A stretch of DNA of 62,467 bases, counting the filler, from Platydemus manokwari (taxonomy: Eukaryota): assembly GCA_037951405.1 (NCBI GenBank). It is 6 parts of 6 records of this genome, joined end to end, with 100 filler letters (N's around TTAATTAATTAA, not from the genome) between each part and the next. Parts side by side here need not be neighbours in the genome. Positions count along the whole stretch, not along the records: positions 11,053 to 21,168 come from JBBMOY011167436.1; positions 21,269 to 31,527 come from JBBMOY011153104.1; 4 more parts are not named here. The stretch is one strand, 5' to 3'. Below, one piece after another: positions 11,757-23,564 of this stretch; position 1 is the stretch's first letter, and each line of letters starts with the position of its first letter. The translations under genes were made by a program, and so were the position numbers. The notes under the pieces were generated by a model. It had not been told where the DNA came from and made no database searches. It was given only the letters and a program-made list of their open reading frames with translations.

Positions 11757-13738
11757 AGTTAAGCCATAAGCACATTGAGGCATAATATTTATTTGAAAAA
11801 CCACAATAATACGCCAATCAATTATTTAAACAAACACCACGTGTTTCTTTATTTTATTACTTTACTCGCCTCCTCTTAAGGTTTGCTCAACCATTTTAAC
11901 CACTAAAATCGTACTGTTTTCAGAGTATGTGGGAATTGAATCTTAACTTGTCTGTCTGAGTTGAATCCGGTAATTCGATAGAGGCCTTCGTAATGGTATC
12001 CATTTTTCTTCCCCTTATGGGGATCTACGCGAACTAGCACTTTCTTTCTCACCTGAAAAGCTCGATTTGTTCTTTTTCCCTTGTCTTGGTTAAATATTTT
12101 TTCGGCTACCAAATTAGAATTTTCTCTAGCTGATGCTGCAATGTCATCTCGAGTTTGATTCTTGTGGCTCACATCTGTATGAACATTGATCTTGCGCCCG
12201 TAGATTATCTCGAAAGGCGAGAAGTTCGTTGTTGATTAATGTGTTGCGTAGATGCAGAACTCTATCCTTGGCAACAATTCACCCCAATTTGTAAAAAAGC
12301 TGTTATCATATCTCGTACCGTCATGATGACTAGCTAGCCGGTTTGATTGATGCTGGTATGGTGAGCTGAATTCTTGTTTGATACCCGATTTTGAACACGC
12401 CTCTCTCATAAATTTGCTTCCAAATTGTTTCCCATTATCATTCCTAAACGATAAATCCACGAGTTTAAAATGACCTGAAGATAGTCTTTTCATCTTGCTT
12501 AGATGTATCAGTGAGGCTCACTAGCTAGCTTAATCTGTCGATAATGACTACTAGGTACTTCTTGATACTATATATCGTGTCCATTTGTGCAATGTCCACC
12601 ACGATTTACTCTTGAAACTCAGAGCCTAACCAAGGGAGCAGAAACTCCTTAGTTTTTGATTGATCAATCTTTCTCTTGGCACATATAATACATTCTTTCA
12701 GTATCTCTTTGATGATGTTGAACATGTCTGGCCAATAAAGACTGTCATTCAAAAATCCGAAGGTTTTCTTTGATCCTGAGTGGCAGAGCTCCTCGTGAAT
12801 TGTCTTGACAAATTGAGCGGCAAAATCTTTCGGTATTATAGCAGCTAAACCTTTCTCTTTCTCCAGCATCATAGTATTGTCGATCACCTTCAGGTTATAT
12901 TTTATTCTCGAAAGTGAATGTTTATTCCAGAATTTCGCGCTAGTTAGAGTTATTTCACCACACCGCCGTACATGTTTGAAATTATGCGCTGATACCAAGA
13001 CTCTGCGATCGGTCCTCGCGATGAATTTCTTCCCGTACAAGTATTGTCTTAAGTAAATAAAATACTCGTGGATATCCAGCAGTTCCTTCCTGGTAACATA
13101 GTTAACCTTTCTCGTGACTAGTCAGCAATCGAGAACAATAAGCTATAACTGCTTCTGATCCTTTTTCATTAGCTTGGCTTAGAACATTCCCGATTGCACC
13201 AAAACTTGCGACCGCATCGAGTACAAATATCCCGTTTTTTCTTAGGTAATCCAAAATTGGTGCTTCACAGAGTGCCGACTTTAGCTTCAAAAAACTTAAT
13301 TGACACTATTCTGACCATTGTAATTCCTTATCTCCACCTGCAGTTGCGGCGTATAGTGAAGACACTTTTAAAGCAAAATCTTTTATGAATCGCCTGCCTC
13401 ATCTGAAAGCTGTAAGTCGAATGTGCTAATCAGGCTAAGACTATTAATTAAAAGCCACTCTTCTATATCTAAGATCCTCTTTGCTGCTTTGTTTGAATTC
13501 CTTCCATAGAATTTTCGAATATTGAAATTGAGCGCTTCTTGTAACTGTTTTGGCCAATTCTCTAATAACCGTTTCTGCCGCGAGTTCCTTGTTAATGCGT
13601 TGATTTGTATGGAATGGTTACCAGTTAATTCATAAGCTCATTAAGGCATAATATTTATTTGAAAAACTACACTAATACGCCAATAAATTATTTAAACAAA
13701 CATCATATGTTTCTTTATCTAATCAAGTTACTCTTACA
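11757..13738 (-). mobile_element. Internally deleted Ty3/Gypsy LTR retrotransposon with both short LTRs (about 11757-11865 and 13623-13738)
   Basis: Paired direct repeats of about 110 bp (ggcataatatttatttgaaaa..taatacgccaa..attatttaaacaaaca); PPT AAGAGGAGGCGAG next to the 3' LTR; PBS-like TGGTAACC; frameshifted RNase H (LKSALCEAPIL..FVLDAVASFGAIGNVLSQ..VIAY.SR), integrase HHCC (IHEELCHSG..YWP..CIIC), core (DNGKQF..SSPYQHQSN) and GPY/F-like tail; RT absent. Confidence 0.9.
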
Positions 13739-13742
13739 TATA

Positions 13743-15460
13743 TGTAAACAAATATTAGTAAAGCCAACCTAGAACAAATTTGTCGAAACTCACTAAATAA
13801 TAAAATAATTTATAAAATATAAAAATGCAACATTCTATCGCGAAACATTACTGTCATCAAATAAATTACCAGCTGTTATCAAGCACATCAAATAGGATTA
13901 AGCATAATAAAGCACTAAAATCCATAAAGATCGAACGTAACATTTGGTGCTGCGAGCGAGGAATAAAATCATTTTAAAGAATGTTAAAAACCAAAAGCAT
14001 TAAACAAATAATTCATAGATAGAAATAGGAATAATAGAACAATTAAAGATCAATAAGAAAATGTATTTAATAAAACATCAATTTAACATCGTTAGAATCT
14101 CTTGAAGCTTGTATAAGATCGAAATTGATCACAAATAATAGAATTAAAAAGTAATAAGTAAAAAACCTTGAAAATACCTAAATTCTTGAAAAGTTTCTGG
14201 AAAAGTGAATGAAATAGGGATAGTAAAACAATTAAAATTAAAAGTTAATTAAAATTTTAATATTTAGAAATTAATTTAAAGCTTGATTAAGGAATTAGAA
14301 GTTTAAATTGAAAATTGATAGTATATAAAAATTAACTGAAAGTTATAAAATTGACAATTGATTGTAGATAAAATTTAAATGAAAGTTATAAAATTTAAAA
14401 TTAAATTTAAGAACATTATATGTAAATAAACTAATAAATTATGGATAGGAAAAGTTTTAATGATGTATCTGAGATGGCAACAATGTTAACAATGAATTTT
14501 GAATACAATAAGAACATATATGTATCCATAAACACGTATAATGGAAACCACGAAACTTTCGATGATTTCCTTAATGAGTGTGTTAGAATAACGGATGCAC
14601 ATAGCTGAACCGAGCCAGAAAAGAGTCAAAATCTATAACTATACCTAAAATAATTATACCTATAATTATATCTAAAATGCAATTATATTAAACCTATGCG
14701 CAGTAAGTAAACGAGTTAAGGAAAAATTAGTTATAACACAAGAAGTCCATGAGTATTATATAAAGCAGAATTAATACAAAAGGCAAGAAGAATAGAAACG
14801 ATATGTGGAGTAAATTATTCAGAAAATCATGACATAAGATAGAGTACCAATGAAAAATCCATCAATTAATGTGGTCGCATTTAAGGATAATAAAAACGAA
14901 AAATTTTCACAACCAATAAAAATGACAACAGTAAATAGAAATGAGAAAAAAGGGTTGAACGTGACATAGACTGAGTTAAACAAAATGTTAGACCAATTTA
15001 AATAAAGACGATAATAATAATAAACAACAAAATCGAATATACGAAAATAGGAATTACGATAGAAATAGACAAAACTACAATAAAAATTACGATGATAGGC
15101 ATAGGAATGAGAAATATAAACAACAAAACTACAACAATTTTGAGAACAAGATTAATAATAACTGCAGTTCGGAAAATAAAAATCAAATCAATAGTAGAGG
15201 TCACCGGCAGAATCAGAAAAGAATTTTCACGAATAGAAATAATAATTATAACTTCAACGGAATAAGAGGTAGACGTCAAAACCCGTGCGAAATAAAAGAA
15301 GGAGAGGAGGAATTAATCAAAAAGATAGAAAAATTACAACCAGTAAAATACTCACAATTTTAAAAAAGAAGAGAAAAAAGAATATAAATCACAAGAAAAG
15401 ACCAGTAATGAATTGAAATACGATTATGAAAAAATAAGATAAAAATAATCAAATAAGAAT
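13743..15460 (+). mobile_element. 5' fragment of an LTR retroelement: putative LTR (13743-13942, TG..CA), PBS (13945-13961) and decayed gag from about 14474
   Basis: TGTAAAC...GTAACA followed by TGGTGCTGCGAGCGAGG (tRNA 3'-complement pattern). Gag-like YNGNHETFDDFLNECVRITDAHS*TE. Segment NVT*TELNKMLDQFKI..NNKQQNRIYENRNYDRNR matches the gag at 27031-27537. Confidence 0.7.
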
Positions 15461-15461
15461 A

Positions 15462-15645
15462 AGAAAACAAAGCCAATAAAAGAACTCTTGTTGGTTTTAT
15501 TTTTGGAAGGGCTTCTATCATATTGATCATTTGTTTGGCTTTGATGATCATCCAAAGAAGTTATTACCAACGAAAATTTGGATAATTATAGATTGCTGCA
15601 AAATATCGACACGAAATACCAAATGTAGGCGACCATAAATTAATT
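15462..15645 (+). pseudogene. Degenerate paralog of the 11084-11350 membrane-protein exon
   Basis: ENKANKRTLVGFIFGRASIILIICLALMIIQRSYYQRKFG* aligns with EESNQRTLIGSILGTVFIMLIVCLVLIFVQRRYYKRKFA; in-frame stops. Confidence 0.75.
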
Positions 15646-16199
15646 AATAATTAATTAGTATTTATAAAGATGGTGCTATGACTTACTAGGAAGGGACAAA
15701 ATTTTAGTCACTCTAGAAACATTTACCTTCGACGAGAAATGATTCTAATATTCTGGAACTCGAATTATTTCTTCAAGGTTCAGATTTGTTAGTGGATGAA
15801 TGTTATGAAATGCTGTCTTATTATAAAAATCGTTTGAACTGTAACCATTTTATTTTATTTTTTTATTTTTTCTACAATAATTTTTCGTATTTTCCATTTC
15901 CATTTAAAGAGATAATTATTAAAATCATAAACATACCATAATAAATTAATACTATTAATATTATGCACTTCACACTAAGGCAAAATAAAATAACAAAATA
16001 GAATCTAAAACAAAAATTCAAATCCACTTACAAGTTTTAAAGAATTAATTTTATGGATCAGTTAAATGTAATGTCTTGGATTGGTCGAATTTGGTTATTT
16101 TTAATATTTGAAATTCATCACAAATAAATCTCTTCTCATTAAATATTATGCGATGATAATTGATTTGTTTTTGAATTGTATCAAGCCTCCAGAGCAATT

Positions 16200-17160
16200 A
16201 AACCCTAAATATTATTTGGAGAAATTCATTATAGAATTGAAGAGATTCATCGAGCTGACTCAACAGCCAAGATAATTCGAAGAAACACTGGTGAAGGCTT
16301 TTATCACGATAGAATTGCTGTCAATATATGAAGCCACCAAAGGAAGAAATTTCGAAGAGAGGCTTAGAAAAGCTTTCGAGCCTAAAATGAACCTTGATAA
16401 ATATTTAAAGATACTGGAAAGAAAAGAAAGAAAGTTGCAATCAATTCTTCTCTCATTGTATTGAAACAATCAAGTCCTTATCATCACAGTACTAATGGTC
16501 TGATCGAGCGACAATTTCGAACAATACTTGACGTAATTACGAAAAGTACTCAAGACAAGAAATTCACAGATTGGATTGACTTATTGTCTGATATCGAATT
16601 TATGATGAACTCAACAATACAACAATCGACGCAATTTTCAGCAGCCGAAATAGTTTTTGGTAGACCTATTAATAAAGAATGGCAAAAACACAAATTACGG
16701 AAGATATAAGTGTACATCAATCAGAGAATCAGAGAAAACAGAATAAAAGGAATATTGAAAAACAACTAAGGGGTAGATATGATGAGAAAACCAAGGGAAA
16801 ATACAATATACAATACAAAATACAAAATACAATACGAAAAGAAAATACAATATTGGTCAATGGGTATTAATAAAAAGAGAAAACCCCAATAAAATGGAAG
16901 ATAGATATGAAGGCCCATATCAAATAATAGAAAAAATTCACGTTAGAAGTAACAAGATGATGAATGAGACTGGAAAAGTGATAATAAAGAATATAGAGTG
17001 TTTGAATGATTTTAAAAGAGAGGGGATGTAAGGGAGATTCCTAAATATAAAGGTGAATGTCGTATGTATGATGTGTGTATGTTGTTTGATTGCATGTTGA
17101 TTAGTGATTGCGCAATTGTCAGTTGTTTCAATACAAAAAACCTCCTAAGATGTTATTACA
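16200..17160 (+). mobile_element. Decayed Gypsy fragment: gag piece, integrase C-half, PPT and 3' LTR (17027-17160)
   Basis: SSPYHHSTNGLIERQFRTI..W.DLLSDIEFMMNSTIQQSTQFSAAEIVFGR and RYEGPYQIIEKI; PPT AAAAGAGAGGGGA directly before TGTAAG...TTACA. Confidence 0.88.
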
Positions 17161-17759
17161 CCACCAATAATGAAATGATGTATACAACATCGTAATTGTA
17201 TTAAATAAATTATTCAGTGTAAAACGATTTATTTGTAACACTCATATTCCTTTATTATTAAATAAACAATTTTTAAATAAATTATTATTTATTTTTTATT
17301 AATCACTTCTTTTTGAAATGTCTCAAATTGAATAGCTCAAAATGATTTCTTAGCTCTGCTCTACCCGTAACTACTATTGTACAATTAATATATATATATA
17401 TATATATTATCATGATTTAAGGATACTCGCGAATTTGATTACCAATCAAAACTATTAAAAATAATTGTGTACTGATTCTGGCAGTTTGGTGAAATGGAAA
17501 ATATAAAGGCATGTTCATATATCGTTGAAAATTGTTTACAAAAAAGTAGAAATAAATTTCATTGTCTTTCGGTGAGCACCCATTAATAGCAATATTAATT
17601 TTTAATTAAATTTGTAATTATCAATTAAATTTGTAATTAATAATATACTATTTACAATTATTATTGGAAATTAAATTGTTCAAATTGGTTAAAGAGCCCT
17701 ACAAATGTTTTACAAAAACATTTAAATAAAATTAAGTTTTTGAAAATTAGATATCAATA

Positions 17760-18502
17760 AATAAATTAGAAAATACTATAACTGATTGAATTTTTAACCG
17801 GAGACCAAGGGGATTAATCGTTAGAAGATGTGACATTCAAAACTTTGTAGTAGATTTGGTTTCCAAAAATGAAATGTTGGATTTTAAAGCCTCAACGCAC
17901 TGGCTTGATGGATTTTTAAATCGTAATGAATTATCACTCGGAAAGAGAACCTCTATTTTTAAATTAGAGGATAATGAAATTGTTTCAAGAGCAATAATGT
18001 ATAAGAGATATGTTGGTAATATTGATTTTTAGAAATATCATTTGCCGTTTATGATTGCAATGGATAAGACAGCTGTATATATGGGAAAAGAATTGCACAT
18101 TCGTGAGGCATCATCAATCTATATTCCATCAACAGGTTATGAAAGCCAGAGGGTTACTTGTATTCTTGCACTTCGTTTGAATGGAACAAAGCCACGGCTT
18201 TTTATTAGTCGGCTTTATTTGAAAAAGGCTTCATAGCAAAAAATGAGAGATTCGGACCACTACTCAAAGATAAACTTAAATCACGGGAATTAATTGAGTG
18301 TGTTTAAAATCTTGTTTTTTATGAATATGTTACAGAAAAGGACGATTAAACTGGGTTTGATTAAAATGCCTGTATTTTTTAAACATTTCAATATTATAAT
18401 AAAAATATTTTATGACAATTTATAATTTTTTAAATATAAGCCCTACTTTTTTCATCAGAAAATGATATAGGCGGCCTCTTATAATAGGTAAAACACGGAA
18501 TA
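17760..18502 (+). mobile_element. Decayed pogo-like DNA transposon (transposase remnant plus right TIR)
   Basis: FKASTHWLDGFLNRNELSL (CENP-B-type HTH end) and IAMDKTAVY..STGYESQRVTCILA..NGTK (DDE N-part); terminal gcggcctcttataataggtaaaacacggaata resembles a pogo TIR. Confidence 0.8.
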
Positions 18503-18975
18503 TATATAATTTATTTTTTATTTCAAGGTCAACTGTTAACGAGACCAATCATTAAATACCTTTTTGTAACTAATTGTGATAATTTTGGATTGTTTGCTGG
18601 ATTAAATAAGATAATTATGGGTTGTGCATATTTATTTTTGCTTCACATGTTTAAATCACAGTGAATTGGGTTGAATTTACTAATATATTTCATCCGATGA
18701 TAACAAAATCGAACATAAGAACCCAGTATTTGAATAAAAGAAAGAGTTTTAACAACGAGCTATGTATTACTGTGAAAAGAGAAAATTGTTATTTAACTAA
18801 AATATTTTAATCGAGACATGATAAAAGTAAATTGTGATTACCTCTATCGATAATTATAAAATATTCAGACTTTATATTTAGAAAACTAATTTATAAATAT
18901 TATTATTTTAAAAGATATGAATTAAAACAAGATATAATTCAGCAACCAAATTTTATTTGAAACAATTCATTTCAT

Positions 18976-19503
18976 TTAGTTAGTGATGGTTTTGACACTG
19001 ACGATTTTCTCTTCATTACAAGCTGACATCACTGTAATCATTACCATATCTCCTTTATCGAATCTCAATCTTATATCGTTTTCCAAATCTCCTCCAGGAA
19101 GTTGAACATCTTCTTTCATATCTCCTCTTTCTGACATCAAACTCACAAATCCATCATATGAAATATCAACCAATTGATATTCAATTCGTTTAACGATTGG
19201 CATTTCTCTATTAGCAGTTGATGGAGAAACATCTTCAAGTCTTTTATCAGTGAATATATCAGTAGCGACAACATGGACTTTAGCTGATCCGTGTTTACCG
19301 GTTTTACAAGTGCTCATATCGGTGATTTTACATGGTCGATCTTTGATCATGATGTATTGACCTTTACGGAAAGCACTCATTTGATTGGGAATTGTAAGAG
19401 AAGCTCCAGAATCGACATTGTCAAAAGTATCTTCGAATTCAGACTGCAAATACAAATCGAATCAATTGAAATTGAATGAAATGAATAAAATATTGATTAC
19501 CAT
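18976..19503 (-). CDS. eIF5A: Translation factor eIF5A; exons 19503-19501 (ATG only) and 19443-18976; 156 aa
   Basis: RPCKI.DMST.KTGKHG.AKVH hypusine loop and full-length eIF5A sequence; 57-nt GT-AG intron directly after the ATG (M|SEFEDTF). Confidence 0.96.
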
Positions 19504-20729
19504 TATTTGATAAATTATTTCAATATAAATTGATTAATAGAGTTAAACAAACAAATAAAAATGAATTCATTATAACAAATTATTATAATTAATTTAAAAA
19601 AATTTGAAAATCTGTGCATATATTTATCAGACGACATTTTAAAAAATGGAATTTATTAAAATTAAAAATAAATATTTAAATTATAATAAATAAAATTGAA
19701 TGATATTTTTTTAAATGAAAATTATAATTTAATCATAATAATAAAGTATAATTTTCAAAATGAAATGTTTTTTCAAAATTATCAAAGAGCACATCAGCTT
19801 GTAGTCTTTCTCGTCTCAATTTATTCCACAAGCTGATGGAAAGTTTATCAATCGATATCCACTCCATCATCTTTCAAATATTCTTCTATCATGATATTCT
19901 TTCCAGAGGGATTTCAAAAATGGTGAGTTTATATATTGATTAACAAGTTTAAATTCCGAAAAATTATGTGTTTGATGTGGGAAATACGTTTCCTATCTCT
20001 GCTAACCTATGCCAAGTTTAAGACCGAAAAATATAACTTGCTAAATAACAATTCGTAAAAGTCTTTTCCTCTATCAAATATTCATCCCAACACTCGTACT
20101 TATCAGAACAAATTATCTACTTGCAATACAAACATTTTTCAGATGATATTTTGCCAATTGCAAATCAGTTTAGTTTTATTAATAATAAACTAAACACGAA
20201 GATAAATAATGAAAAGAACTGGCTGTTCATATCAAAAACATCTTTAAAACAAAGAAACTGAAATTTTTTCAATATTTTAGATCTTACATTTTACTTCACA
20301 TGAAGTTAGACCCTATCTAAGCAACATTATTCATGCTCATACAATTTAAATCATCTTCAAAAATATTAACCATGTTATACATATGATTAGATAAATATAA
20401 TGAACCAATTGATGCGATAATGAGTGGGCTTAGTTAAGAAAAAGGATCTTTGACCTACTTTCATTATTATGAATTTTCGCGCGCGGAGTCATTTTAGAAT
20501 GTTATTTCGTGTATAGATTTATCAGATGTCATGTGGAAATTAGTTTTAACGAACATTTTTATTTTAGATCAATATTCTCAATTAGGAACAAAACATAATG
20601 GTTTAACCTAGTTCATACACCAATAGCAACGCTTCTAAATGATTTTCTAATATAATTTTTTAACTATTAATCAGGAGAGTGAAGTCCTGACACGAATAAT
20701 AATCCAATATCACTTGTTTTTACATTATA

Positions 20730-21168
20730 TTTTAAAAATTCAAAATTTCTCTTATTTTGCTTTCAACGTTAAAATTAGTGCCCGTTAATTTTCTATAAAT
20801 TGCGATTTGATCTACTTCGGACGATTTTTCAACTACTAAGTCATTATCAGATTTCAAAGCTCTAGTTTATTTAAATTTTATTTTAAATCAATAAGATTCT
20901 TGTTTGGAACACAAATAAAAAATTGTTGATCTTTGAAAGGCACTCAATAAATTATAAAAAAATTTAAAAACTTCTTTTAGCGGGTTTAATTCCTTAAAAA
21001 TTAATAACGATGTAAACTAATGAAAACCGAAACGGTTTTTGAAGAAATGCGTTTTAGGCTAAAGTTAAGAAAAAGAGGTCTGAAATAAAATTTTAAATTT
21101 GTTGAGTGTATTGCTAAAATCTATATAGTTTATTTAATTATATTCTTTAAAAACATTTTGAATTTTTT
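20730..21168. repeat. Foldback arrangement of the dispersed repeat family at the contig end
   Basis: 20730-20945 is the reverse complement of the unit seen at 190-390 and 62215-62420; about 21020-21168 matches 90-210 in forward orientation. Confidence 0.55.
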
Positions 21169-21268
21169 NNNNNNNNNNNNNNNNNNNNNNNNNNNNNNNN
21201 NNNNNNNNNNNNTTAATTAATTAANNNNNNNNNNNNNNNNNNNNNNNNNNNNNNNNNNNNNNNNNNNN
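21169..21268. other. Artificial contig spacer
   Basis: N44-TTAATTAATTAA-N44. Confidence 0.98.
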
Positions 21269-22388
21269 GACTTAACTTACAATCATTCAAGATCAGTTCC
21301 ATATTTCTCCATTAAACTTTGGGTTAAGTTATAGAAATAGTCCAACTTATTGTTAAAGTATTGTGCTAACTTCACATCCAACTTATTGACTTGTTTTTTG
21401 GCATCTTTTATTTCATTTTCGCTTAGGTATATTTCCTTATAGTTAGTATAACCACTTGAGTATATCCCCTATCTTGACCCTTATGTATAAACCTCATAAC
21501 ATTTTTTCCTTCTTCACTCATTTATACAGTTAGTGTTTCTTTCATTATCATTTCAGATGTTTCCCTATTACTGTCAGGTAGATAACTTTCCGAAAACTTT
21601 GTTTCTATGAATATTTTTCCATTTACTGCATGTAACTTTTCCTTTTTTGTTAATAAGCATTGGTATAGGTTAGCCTTATACATTATTAATGATGTTCCTG
21701 TGTCGCATATTTCTTTTCATATTCACAATTTATCCATGTAGTCATTTTCCTAGTCTGAGCATCAAATGTAGCTTGAAATTCTCTTAATTTTATGATATAA
21801 TTTCTTAATGCTACTACTTTTTCTAATGTCTTATTCCAAACCCTTACAGTAACTTCCTGAACCTCTCCATCCTGCAGATCCTATTTTTTGTCTCGTTATC
21901 CTTTTTTCTAATGTTATTGCATATCCGTGCGATTTGTAATATGTTCTTTTCTCAAATGCTTGTTTACATTTTTCCTCTGTTGGTATTTCTGGCATTAGTG
22001 CCCATGCCGGTTCTAATACCGTTGTATATGCTCCTGATGAACATGAGAAGTGAAATTTTAATTCCTGATACATTATTTCACATTACCTAGCTTTTTCAAA
22101 CAGAAATTCGGACTCTTGATACAAGTACATTTCATTAGCTATTGATTTTGTTAAATTTACAGGGTATGCTTCTGCAAATTTATCAATATTTAGCAATGAA
22201 TATTTTTGTCCCCATTGTGGCTTTCCACAATCATATCCATCAATTCCTGCATCAACTCCTCCTATTAATCCAACCAAGTACATTGTTAGCAACGTTTGAA
22301 CTATAATGGTAAACTTAGATTTTTGCTTAGATTGTTTTTCTGATAATTTTATTTCACTTTGCATTATGGGTTTTTCATTATCAGTCAT
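21269..22388 (-). pseudogene. Envelope glycoprotein, chuvirus G / herpes gB-like class III fusogen, N-terminal part
   Basis: Signal-like TIIVQTLLTMYLVGLIGGVDA, then GIDGYDCG..YSLLNID, YLYQ..*CEI, SCS, CKQA, CKG, KVVALRNYIIKLREFQATFD, INCEYEK.ICDTG, TNYKEIYL, DVKLAQYFNNKLDYFY..LILNDCKL. This matches the motif order I recall for chuvirus-type glycoproteins. Confidence 0.78.
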
Positions 22389-23564
22389 TTTTCTAATATT
22401 GACTGTATTAATTTAGGCCATCCTTGATGTTGATTAATTTCACTTTTAAATTCATTTGATATTAGTTCCGCTCCCTCTTCTCTGTTTGATATCTTATTAT
22501 TCATTAAATTCCTTGTTGTTTGCAAAGTCGTAATTATTCTTCCTCTTCATTTATTATACTAATTACTTCCTTAGCGGTTTCCTTATCAGATATTTTATTG
22601 CTTATTCGGTTTATTTCTTCTAGGTATTTACTTGTACAATGCACTAATGCCTTTACTTGCAATTTTTGATTTTTATCTAAGGCGCTGGCTTCGCCACTAA
22701 GTGCTTGTAGGTACTGTTTAATTTTCTTCTTTGCTTCTTATTTTCGGTTGAATTCTGTGCATGTATCTTATTTTTATCTAATGAGCGGATTTCGTCACTA
22801 AGTGCTTGTGCCTTATACTTGATTCTCCATTTTGCTTTTACTTCCTGGTCAGAATCTTTTTTGTTATTTTGATTTCCGAAACATGGATCATGATATTGTT
22901 ATTGTAAACATCCAATACAATTTCCTAACTCATTCTCTTGTTTTCTTATTTGCTTATATGTTTCTGGTGATTCTATTAACTTCATGAAATCTTTTCCGGA
23001 TGATTCTATTTCATCTTTTACTTCCTCTGTCTTCCTTTTCTTCTTTGATGTTTTTTTCTAATCATCTTTATTTTTATTACCCCCACTTATTTCTTCATCT
23101 ACTTTTTCATCCAAATCTACTGACCATTGTCTGTTAACTTTTCTTTCTTTGCTTTTTCTTCTACATTTAGCCATTTCTATTATTCTTGGCTCATTAATTT
23201 CTTCTTCCTTATTTTTCTCACATTTTATCATATTTATATCATTATATCCCCAACACACGTTGTAATTTGTATACCTTCAAGGTATTGTTCTAGGTATATT
23301 TGGTTTTGGTGCTATTATGTTAATTGTTACTACATTTATCTTCTTCTCTGAGAATACATTTTTCAGTTCTTCCTCCTCTATTAGGATTCGTTGTTTGTAT
23401 TTTATGATTATTTTATTCAATCCCCACTCTCTTCTATTTATATTCTGTTCTTGTATTTTTCTTTTTAGATGTTTTACTCCTTTCTTTTTCTTAATTAACT
23501 TATAGCCCCCTAGGTCTTATTGGTAACTATTTAACACTTCTATTTTTACTATGTACTTTTCTTC

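Noticed and set aside
19790-20400. Possible Penelope-like RT remnant (DDI..LDLT); similar hints near 46000-46250
   Set aside because: Motifs are too short and degraded to distinguish from chance.
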